DNA of 63,140 bases, counting the filler, from Octopus bimaculoides (Eukaryota): assembly GCF_001194135.2 (NCBI RefSeq). It is 4 parts of 4 records of this genome, joined end to end, with 100 filler letters (N's around TTAATTAATTAA, not from the genome) between each part and the next. Parts side by side here need not be neighbours in the genome. Positions count along the whole stretch, not along the records: positions 1 to 31,324 come from NW_026439423.1; positions 31,425 to 57,015 come from NC_068988.1; 2 more parts are not named here. One strand, given 5' to 3'. This document shows, in pieces, positions 23,665 through 33,171 of this stretch. The notes under the pieces were generated by a model. The model did no database searches and was not told the DNA's origin. It worked only from the letters and a program-made list of their open reading frames with translations. The translations under genes and the position numbers were made by a program. Position 1 is the first letter of the stretch. Every line of letters starts with the position of its first letter.

Positions 23665-26600
23665 AAGAAAGGTCCAATGAATGTTTGATCGTCTTTTGAC
23701 CTTTTCTTCTTCTTCAATCAAACAAGCTTGCTGAATCGGAAATTTTTTTCTTGCAGGTAACGATGGCAAAGATAAAGATGGTAAAGGTATGGATTTGCCT
23801 CTTGATAAGCAAATACATTTGTCCCTACTGCTATTAACTAGTTGATGTAGTGGCCTTCATCAGTCAAGGCTGTTTAAGATGCATTTATTGAAAAATTTCT
23901 TTTTAAGAAAAATAATTGGTTTAGTGCCAATTGTCAATTTGAACCCATGTATAATATATATATTTGTACATCTGTCTATATATATATATATATATATTTC
24001 TATATATAAGCACATGTATTTAGTTAAATTGAGTGCTGCTAGTTACTGGCCCTTTGTAATTTCTGTTGAGTTTAACGTTTCTCATGCTTAAAAATGCAAC
24101 CTTGATGTCTATAGAAATGTTTTGTTAACGAGACATCTTTTGTAATTTTTTTCACTTTTATATTTTCAGTACGACAGCTTAAATTTTGTCTTGCAATGGA
24201 GTTTCCCCCTCATTGCCAAATTATGTTTGTATGTGGCGCGGTGCTAGCTACGGCAAACCGTCGTAGACAAGGGCACTTGTCTACGGCTTGGGAGAGTAGC
24301 AGTGCTTTTTGTCACGTACCAAAAAGAAAAAGGAAAAACAAAAAAAAAGACAAACATACCCCCTGCAACAAAGGGAGTCTGTGTGGTCTCCCTCTGCCTA
24401 TCTCTCTTGAAAACAAATGTACAGCTCTTAGTGGTGGCTCTCGGTATTATATTGTTTAATCAATGATAATAATAATAATACTAGTTGTGGTTAGGATGGT
24501 TTACTAACCCTCACTAGTTTCTCTAGTGTCGGTGGTAAATTCCTTAAGACCTCACAACCCGTAATCCCTTTCCTACTACCAGCCAGTCCTTTCCTGCAAT
24601 GATCTTAGCTATGGCAAGAATGTTATTGGCTTGAATAATAAGAGCCAAGTGTTGTTTGTTTTTTATTATTGTTGGGAAAAGATTTTTAAGTTCCAGTGGT
24701 GGGTAGGGCAGGTTTTGTTTCACTATTTTGTATATTTTGAAATGTGTAATGCTTTGCAAAGGAGAAGCAATGTAAATTTGTTGCCCTCTCTATTTAGGGG
24801 TTAGTATCGTCTTTAATTCCCTTCACCCTGTAAGGCATAAAGTGCCAACTAGGGATCGGTTTTTGATCTTTGGCGGTAAATTACAATTTCCCTCCGGTGT
24901 TGCTGCTTGCCAGGACTTCTGATCTGCCATTTCTGTCTCCCTCGGGGAGTCTGGTTTCAGATGTCCTGGTTTCTGTTTCCAGCCACATGGTTGGTCATTC
25001 CATGTTGGAACTTCCATCCAGTTTTCACTACATTGCCTCATAAGCAATGTTTGGTGACTGCTCCCTTCTCTTTACCAGAACAACTTCCACATATTTGGCT
25101 AGCAATGTAGAAAATAAGGGTTGGCAGGGCTGTTGGCTCCGGCTCCAAACCTACACCCTCCTTCCTCAAGCGGGCTAACAACCAGCTGTAGCTACGTTAA
25201 CCAGTCGTGATGATACACAAATCGCAGCTGTGTTCTGAATTTCTTTGAGTCCTCATCCATGTCAGAATGAGATTTGTCTCATTGACTGAGGCCACTCAAA
25301 AAATCTTGAGTCCCATCCAACAATGACTTCAAACAACCAATTCCATTTTTATTATTGCTTCTCTCTTGTAGCATCACACACCATATTTTACTTTTTCTTT
25401 TCCTTCCCTTGACAGTATTGTTCTTTAAATCTTTAATCTAATACAATTTCTATTGCTAGCTATATTGGTCCCATAATGTATTGTCTATTTGCAATGTTGA
25501 AAGTTATTTTAAAGATTTTCTTTGTGTAGACAGTCAGTTATTACAACTTCAATTAATGTATATATTTAAGATGTGATATTCCAAATTCAAATAGCCCCTT
25601 TTTTCAAATTTGGTTTGTCCCAATACTTTAGAATCCTTCAAAATATAGAGTGGGAAGTTTTTTTGTAGAGACATGCATTTTTTCAGGCAAGTATTTTTTG
25701 GGGGTGTCTCTCATGGTAAATTAGTCTAATGTATGTATATTATATATAAACTGCTTCTACATATATCTATCCTTTTCCTGTATCTCTCTCTTTCTCTCTC
25801 CCTGTCCCAAAAGATCTTCAGGCAGTTTTTTTCGATAGGCTTTTGACACGACCACAAAGGAGGGTCTGTCCAGTTTGCTCGCCTTTTTAGCTATGTGGAA
25901 AAGAAACAAAGAAAAAAAAAAGCAACAGAACTGGTTCCCTGAATTTTTCCGCTTCTTCAGTAAATTCTGTTTCTGATAGGAGCTGAAAATGGCAGGTGCT
26001 TTGTCTTCTTCGATAATCCAATCTCTTTGTCTGATTATTGTTAGCTCTGAAGTCTATTTTGCCATGGGGGAGTTTTCTCTTCTATTTGTTGAGGAAAATT
26101 TTTGTACTACTTTGCACTGTCAAAGATTGGAATGGCTTAAAGGGCCGGCTTGATCCCTTCTCTTGCTTGTAAGATATTTTTTAGTAAAGTAAATTTCCTC
26201 ACCGGCTCCTGTGGGTGAATTTGCAGAAGCTATTTTCCTTTAGTGTGTGTATATATTTTTATATATACATGCTCACATATGTGTATGTATATTTATATAT
26301 AGATGTATTTTGGGGTCTGTTGTTTGAAACACTCAGGCTTACAATTTGCTATATACTAGGTGGGTTATTCATAATAACCCTTTATTTTCCTTTACAAGGG
26401 GGTGGTCATCATTTTTGAGCCGGTCACTCAAAAGGCTCGAGATTCCAAGCACGGGAAGTCTATCTTGTCCTTGCCTGCTTATTCCAATCTTTGCTGAATG
26501 ATACCCGAGGGAGGGGTTTTTTTCCTCTGGTATCTCTGTGTGTATATAATGAAATAAATACATTAAATAATTTTAAATTTTTTTTTTTAAATCTAATTTA

Positions 26601-27163
26601 AAAAAAAAATAATAATAATAATTTCATTGAATTCCTTCTGTCTCTTGACAGGAATTAGAAAGTTTGGCTGATGCCGATACTGTTGTTTTGAACAGTTTGA
26701 TAAAAATTTGTTAGCATTTCGTTCTTCACGTTTGTTGAGTGTCTGTCGACAGGTGTTGATGTAGCCTTGAGCTTCCCATACTCCTGCTCGCACACACACA
26801 CACACGCAAAAAAAAAAAAATTAATAATAAAATTAATGTATTAATTGCATCATCATTAAAATTGTTGATGACGATCTGTCCCCAATACGTGAGCACCTGA
26901 CAATTTCAGGGAACAAGAAAGACTATTCCCTCTATGTCAACAACATTCCCCAAGGAGTCACAGTGAAGGAGGTGCAGGCGTTGTTCCCGCAAGCCCGGAA
27001 TGTGGTGATCCCACTTAATGAGGAAGACCAGAATCAGGGGTAATTTCTCAAACTTGCGCATATTTATACATTTTTAATAAATTTGTTTGATGGTGCTGGT
27101 CGTGGTTGATGTAGTCAAGGACAGCTGCATCACCAAACCAACCCCTCTTATCCTATATCTATA

Positions 27164-27195
<32 letters not shown>

Positions 27196-30100
27196 AATAT
27201 GTTTATACATATTGTTGTTCATCTGCTTCGTCTCTATGACGCGCAGTTAAGTTCATACTCAAATGCTTCTATTATGGTTTACTGTAGGCATACATATATC
27301 TATCTATCTATCTGTCTAGGAAAGTATTAAGCATTATCATTTTTTTTTTATTATCATCATCTATTTACTGTACACTTGTGAGTCTGCTGTTTGCCGTCAC
27401 TCAGCTGGGTGCAGCAATCTTGCAACTGACAGTTTAACCAGCTTCTATAATAGCAATCGTCATAGTAATAATAATAATACCAACCATTCTAGTTGTCACG
27501 TATATAATATAGTTACTTCCATCTTTTAATTTTTTTTATTGTATTTACAAGAGTGCACACCTAGACAGCAGCTTAGATTTCTCAAAAAAACTGCACCTTT
27601 TTGTTTAAAAAAAAAATCTTTATTTTTCTTTACCTGATGTTAAGGAATCTTTCTGTTAATTGTTAGCTCGTTAATTTACTTCTGATTAACAATAGACAAC
27701 TATCTGGTAAAGTTTAAATTTATCCTCTCTGCTTTCTTACTCTAGAACATGCATTTTGGCATAATTAATGACCTAGTGTAGATAATAAGACTAGTTAATA
27801 GTGTTAATCACCTAATTAAGCTGTTATATTATTATTATTATCATCATCATCATCAGAGGCATCTTTTGTAAGTTTTGAGTTGTTTTTTTTTTTTTTTTTT
27901 TTTTCCTTTTAATTTGGTCATTTTTGGAATGTTAAAACGGTAACTATAGCAAAGAGTAATTGAAAATATTTCAGTATAACAAATAGTAACCTAATTAAAA
28001 AAAAAAAAAAAAAAAAAATTTGTAGCTTGTAGTTGTTTCAACATTGTAACCACTTATTTCACCACCCCCTCCTTTGTATGCTATATTTTTATAATCTACA
28101 AATTTGTCCATACAAATATATAAATGTGTATATATATATGGAATCAATAAAAACCAGCTCGATTATTTATTGATATATATATGGTGCACCAGCATGACCG
28201 CAGCCACTTGGCTGAAACACATAAATATATAAATGAAATATATATATATATATATATATATCAATAAATAATCGAGCTGGTTTTTATTGATTCCATTGAC
28301 GAATCGTCAGCTTATCTTANNNNNNNNNNNNNNNNNNNNNNNNNNNNNNNNNNNNNNNNNNNNNNNNNNNNNNNNNNNNNNNNNNNNNNNNNNNNNNNNN
28401 NNNNNNNNNNNNNNNNNNNNNNNNNNNNNNNNNNNNNNNNNNNNNNNNNNNNNNNNNNNNNNNNNNNNNNNNNNNNNNNNNNNNNNNNNNNNNNNNNNNN
28501 NNNNNNNNNNNNNNNNNNNNNNNNNNNNNNNNNNNNNNNNNNNNNNNNNNNNNNNNNNNNNNNNNNNNNNNNNNNNNNNNNNNNNNNNNNNNNNNNNNNN
28601 NNNNNNNNNNNNNNNNNNNNNNNNNNNNNNNNNNNNNNNNNNNNNNNNNNNNNNNNNNNNNNNNNNNNNNNNNNNNNNNNNNNNNNNNNNNNNNNNNNNN
28701 NNNNNNNNNNNNNNNNNNNNNNNNNNNNNNNNNNNNNNNNNNNNNNNNNNNNNNNNNNNNNNNNNNNNNNNNNNNNNNNNNNNNNNNNNNNNNNNNNNNN
28801 NNNNNNNNNNNNNNNNNNNNNNNNNNNNNNNNNNNNNNNNNNNNNNNNNNNNNNNNNNNNNNNNNNNNNNNNNNNNNNNNNNNNNNNNNNNNNNNNNNNN
28901 NNNNNNNNNNNNNNNNNNNNNNNNNNGTCTGGCCCTTGCTTCCTTTTCTTCCACCCCCTAGTGGTATGTGCACATTAGAAGGCCGTGGGCTTCTAATTAC
29001 TAACCTACAGCAGGCCGTGCGACCGTGTAGTTTGGCACTATAGCATTAGGTGTGAAGGGTGGGTTGCGTGCGTGAGATAAACATGTGTGCACGTCCTTCA
29101 CTGTCCTGTTTATGAGCAGGGAGGACTGGGAGTTCTGCCTGCTTGTCGGCTGCTCCACTGAAGACACACCTTTTAGCCCTTTAGCATTTTAACCAGCCAG
29201 ATCCTGCCCCTCGTACCTGTCCTATAATGTTCTAAAAATAACTTTATAATCTTGAAGCCATGAGATAATGCATGATTTATTCAAAGCAATGGAATAAATA
29301 CGCACTATATTTGCCAGGGTAATCTTAATGCTAGAGTTGAGCCTTTGACTTTTTTGTGGTGGGTTGGGGCATCGCATCTTGTTTGGGAAGTGGGGCTGGT
29401 CATTTAACCTCACATCTCTCATCTTCTCTGTGACTGTCTTACCCTGTCAGTACCAGTATATCTACCTAGGACTATTGAACCCTGGTGTTCAGCATTGTTA
29501 GCAGGTCAGGGAGTGTGTTTGTATATAGGCTAGGGGATGGAGGATCCTCATGGGGTCATCTGGGATGCCTTTGGAGAATCAGAGACTTTTCCACATGAAT
29601 GGCTATTCACTGATGCAGAATCTCCAGGCAAGGTTTCAGGTTGTTTTTCCAGAAAAATCCAAGGCAGCCGTTTTGTTTTTTTTTTTGTTTTCTCTTCTGT
29701 TTAGATGATAAAAAATCGAAGAAACATCAGAACAATCAACAAAATAAAAAGGGACGCTTTTCAAACAGTCAGAATCGTCGTAACCACCAGATGAATAAAA
29801 AAGGTGAGAACAAATTGTTTATGTATTCATATTGCAGTGTTGTCTTGGTGTTTTGAATGAAATTGAGATATGGTAGTGTGTGTTTGTTGGTGTTGTGGAA
29901 TTGACCGTAATCAGGCCCAGACATTGTTCTGTGGTTATTTTCCAGCGCATAGTTTTGGGTCCAGTCCCACTACCTGGCACCTTGTACAGCCTGTGGGCGT
30001 CTCCTTGTCTTGATATCATGTGATAGTTGTAGGAAATTATGGTGGGAAGATTTTTTTCACTAAACTCCTTACCATATAATTAAGCCATATCTGGGTAAAA

Positions 30101-31014
30101 TATTTGATATTCGAACAGACCGGATTCGTCCTTTGTCGCTCACCCAACAGTATCATTCTTAAAATTGGCAATCACTTCATAGAAACTTCTGCTTTCTATG
30201 CTGGCATGGGTTGGCTGGTTTGACAGGAGTCAGCCAGGTAGAAGACTACATCAGGCTACTGTCTGTTTTGGTATGGTTTTTATGGCTGGATGCCCTTCCT
30301 AACACCAACCACTCTGCAGTGTGGACTGACTGCTTTTTCTATTGAATGCAACTGTCTTTGCTTCAATAACTTTATAAAGAAATGGGGAATTTATTAAAAC
30401 AACTTTGTCATTATTTAAACTGGTTCGAAGGGATCAATTTCTTAGCAGAATCTAATTTATTTTTTGTTTTTATGAACCAGGCAAGAGACCGCAACAGATG
30501 CAGCAAATGCAACAACGCAAACAGAGATGGTCTCCTGAGAGACGACAACAAGGCAGGAAAGTAAGTACGGGATCTAATAAATATATTAAGACACCCTCAG
30601 TTCAATAATACAACCTAAACAAAACAACAAACTCCGAAAACACTATACAGCAGTTAGCCAGTGAAATAGACTTCCACTGACAAACCAGATAACCAACGCA
30701 TTACACACACCAAAAGACTGCACCACACCTCAAGTAGAAATTTACTTCCAACTGCTAAATGTTGAACAATTATTATGTAATAGTAGTAGTTGTAGTATCT
30801 GGTGGTGTTGGATGGATGGATGTATGTATTGGTGTGTGTCATGTTGGGCGAGTAGTGTAAGTGACGTCTTTTAACGGTATCTTTGCATCTCTTTTTTTTA
30901 CAGCCTTTGCAGTTTATGCAGAAAGGAAGAATGGACGGTGGAAGGCGTCAGCTCATGGATGGTGGTGGCCAGTGGTGGGTTGTCTTTTCTATTTTTTGGT
31001 TTTGCTCATTTGTT

Positions 31015-31050
<36 letters not shown>

Positions 31051-31068
31051 GGAGGGGTGGATTTCTGA
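20442..31068 (+). CDS. Multi-exon gene for an RRM RNA-binding protein (acidic N-terminus, 2 RRMs, basic/Gln-rich tail; nucleolin-like). Span of joined coding exons
   Basis: Manual splicing at GT-AG sites gives an open frame across six consecutive exons: MSTEDLQQTIVNDDDDEVEE...EKKDDAEKKEEEDDNTFNL-RRPYPNLLTIHKL...VRKGFMRMKFPSEEAAEVVFNKLMPMEINGKTFEYEPTTEG-NDGKDKDGK-GNKKDYSLYVNNIPQGVTVKEVQALFPQARNVVIPLNEEDQNQG. After a predicted missing exon, two more phase-compatible exons follow (DDKKSKKHQNN...; GKRPQQMQQMQQRKQ...). The family call comes from RNP1/RNP2-like motifs; orthology is not established. Confidence 0.8.
21267..21323 (+). CDS. RRM gene coding exon 2 (EKKDDAEKKEEEDDNTFNL)
   Basis: tttttgacag| acceptor, |gtgagt donor; 57 nt, phase 1-1. 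Confidence 0.8.
   Translation, partial: RRKMMLKRKRKRMTIHLI
21515..21720 (-). mobile_element. SINE fragment in an RRM gene intron
   Basis: ggccatgctggagcacc...ttgccgaattgctaagttac...ggttggggacaaacac shared with other copies. Confidence 0.65.
22341..22482 (+). CDS. RRM gene coding exon 3 (RRM1 N-half)
   Basis: gctgtag| acceptor, |gtaagt donor; 142 nt, phase 1-2; ends within RNP1 (RKG). Confidence 0.85.
23249..23358 (+). CDS. RRM gene coding exon 4 (RRM1 C-half)
   Basis: tattacag| acceptor, |gtgagt donor; 110 nt, phase 2-1; FMRMKFPSEEAAEVVFNKLMPMEINGKTF. Confidence 0.85.
23757..23786 (+). CDS. RRM gene coding exon 5 (30-nt linker micro-exon, GNDGKDKDGK)
   Basis: tttttttcttgcag| acceptor, |gtatgg donor; phase 1-1, in frame. 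Confidence 0.75.
26910..27039 (+). CDS. RRM gene coding exon 6 (RRM2 N-half, RNP2 LYVNNI)
   Basis: aatttcag| acceptor, |gtaatt donor; 130 nt, phase 1-2, split at the same RNP1 Gly position as RRM1. Confidence 0.85.
28139..28295. repeat. Perfect inverted repeat (about 44-bp arms) in an RRM gene intron
   Basis: tggaatcaataaaaaccagctcgattatttattgatatatatat ... atatatatatcaataaataatcgagctggtttttattgattcca. Confidence 0.9.
29705..29803 (+). CDS. RRM gene coding exon (K/N/Q-rich tail)
   Basis: Long polypyrimidine tract + ttag| acceptor, |gtgaga donor; 99 nt, phase 1-1. Confidence 0.8.
30481..30560 (+). CDS. RRM gene coding exon (GKRPQQMQQMQQRKQRWSPERRQQGRK)
   Basis: gaaccag| acceptor, |gtaagt donor; 80 nt, phase 1-0. 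Confidence 0.75.
30904..31068 (+). CDS. Putative last coding exon of the RRM gene (PLQFMQKGRMDGGRRQLMDGGGQW...)
   Basis: Strong acceptor ctcttttttttacag| at 30903, phase 0 and open. The 3' boundary is doubtful because the frame runs into (TG)n/(AG)n; an internal donor at 30975 (gtgggt) is possible. Confidence 0.4.
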
Positions 31069-31324
31069 ATTGTTTCAGTCCTGAACGACAATGGTGGTTG
31101 TTTTTGTGTGCATTTCACATACCTTCCTCGCAAACAATTGAGGGTTGGTGGCATGAAATTCATTCAGCCATAAAAACAGTCTACCTGGATGGTCTGACTT
31201 GGGCAAGAATGGACGTTGAATGAAATGAAGTGTTTGTGTGTGAATTTTCTGTTTCTGCTTTTCGTTAATGGTTAATTAGACATTCTTCATTTACTATCTT
31301 TTAACCAAAGTTTTGGATTCGCCC

Positions 31325-31424
31325 NNNNNNNNNNNNNNNNNNNNNNNNNNNNNNNNNNNNNNNNNNNNTTAATTAATTAANNNNNNNNNNNNNNNNNNNN
31401 NNNNNNNNNNNNNNNNNNNNNNNN
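31325..31424. other. Artificial 100-bp contig joiner (N44-TTAATTAATTAA-N44)
   Basis: The identical structure recurs at 57016-57115 and 61794-61893; the 12-mer has TAA stops in all six frames. Confidence 0.95.
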
Positions 31425-32135
31425 CATTCACAACTCTTTCTCATATCTGTGGCTTATTTATTCCCATTGTTTTGGTTTAATCATGTGTTATCTCATAGCT
31501 TTTAGATTTCAGTGATGTGATTGCTTATTTTGAGAATGGCATTCTCAAAATGCTTTTTGTCTCATAAAGGGTAGGTGTGAGAAACCGGATCTGGCCAGTT
31601 TGAACATAAAACAGGTAGAATATTTATACTAGATCTGGCCAGCTTAACCCTTTAGCGTTCAGATTACTCTGTCAGTTGTAATTCTTCTTTATTCACATTG
31701 TTGTGGTGAACACACCACTCTGTTGTTGCTTGTGTCAGCTGCCATTTCTAGCGTCGAAGGTCATCAGTTATTCCTCATGGGTGGTGAACACAATGGCAAC
31801 AGTATTGCTAAAGCTGAATCTGTAGTATGAGACACATGCCTAAGGTACCATACAGTGAAATCCAGGAACCACTCATCTGGAATGTGAATTCCTTATCTAT
31901 GCAGCCTTGGCTGTACATATGAGATATAAAATCATAGAATCACATTTTTAGGGGTAGGAGACTAATTGACCCTTGGCAAGGGTTGAACAGTTCATCATGT
32001 ACTGACAAGCTAAAGGGCTGCAGCAAGCATCAATGTCTGCTTTGATGTGGTTTCTACAGCTGATGACCTTCCTAAATCCAACCACTTCACAGAGTGCAAC
32101 CATCCCCCTTTTTTTATCCCATCTACTTTACTAGT

Positions 32136-32484
32136 GTGGAGGCGCAATGGCCCAGTGGTTAAGGCAGCGGACTCGCGGCTTCGATTCCCAGACCGGCCGT
32201 TGTGAGTGTTTATTGAGCGAAAACACCTAAAAATCTCCACGAGGCTTTGGCAGGGGGATGGTGGCGAACTCTGCTGTACTCTCTCGCCACAACTTTCTCT
32301 CACTCTTTCTTCCTGTTTCTGTTGTGCCTGTAATTCAAAGGGCCAGCCTTGTCACACTGAATATCCCCAAGAACTACATTAAGGGTAAACGTGTCTGTGG
32401 AGTGCTCAGCCACTTGCACGTTAATTTCACGAGCAGGCTGTTCCGTTGATTGGATCAACTGGAACCCTTGATGTCGTGCCGACA
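32136..32484 (+). mobile_element. tRNA-derived SINE, near full-length
   Basis: A/B-box head (ggcccagtggttaagg...ttcgattccc); 11-bp TSD ACTTTACTAGT (32125-32135 and 32485-32495); same family as 55615-55921. Confidence 0.85.
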
Positions 32485-33165
32485 ACTTTACTAGTTGATT
32501 ATTAAGCATTTTTCTAGCATATATGTCTACTGCTAGAATGGATTTTAAATATGCAATCAGCAGGGCTTGTGTCATTGGTTTTTGAAGATTTGTATTAAGA
32601 CTTTAAAGACTTGCAAATCGTATTCTTATTTCCTTTGCAATTTTTATTTTTTTAAATTTGCATAACAAAGATAGCTTTTCCCATGTGTCAGTCCATTATA
32701 TACAAAGGGATTCGGTGGTCATGGGTTGAATGTCTGATAAATGAGTCCAGGCAAGCTGGAAATATGAGTAGTGTGTGGTTAATAATGAGCTTCATAAATG
32801 TCTTGTAATGGTTGTGTGCTTTCATTTGTTGTGGGTTCAGATGGTTAGTAGGTTGGTTGATTTTTCAAAAAGACACACAGATCATTAGTGATGTCAGTCA
32901 ACTATTTGTGCTTTTTCATTGTTCTTTAGTGTGCATGTGTGTGTGTGTTTCTCTGTGTGTATTAGTCACTATAGAAACTGTACTTATCCTTTGTACTTGA
33001 GATAATGCTACATTGTTTCATAGTAAACCTTATCTATGGACAACCTGTAGTATTCAGGACTTGATGAGCCATTTCTCATGCTGTCCGCTCTGTGGAAAAG
33101 GTTGCCCCTGACTGGTATATTCTGCAAACATTACATATTGTGACAAAATGTTTTTGTTATTTTGC

Positions 33166-33171
33166 AATAAA
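33166..33171 (+). other. Candidate polyadenylation signal of the RRM gene
   Basis: AATAAA with U-rich upstream and U/GU-rich downstream sequence. An artificial contig join (31325-31424) separates it from the last exon. Confidence 0.35.

Noticed and set aside
32140-32195. tRNA-like sequence (also at 55620, 38540 and 2670)
   Set aside because: These are SINE heads with A/B boxes continuing into shared SINE bodies; no complete cloverleaf
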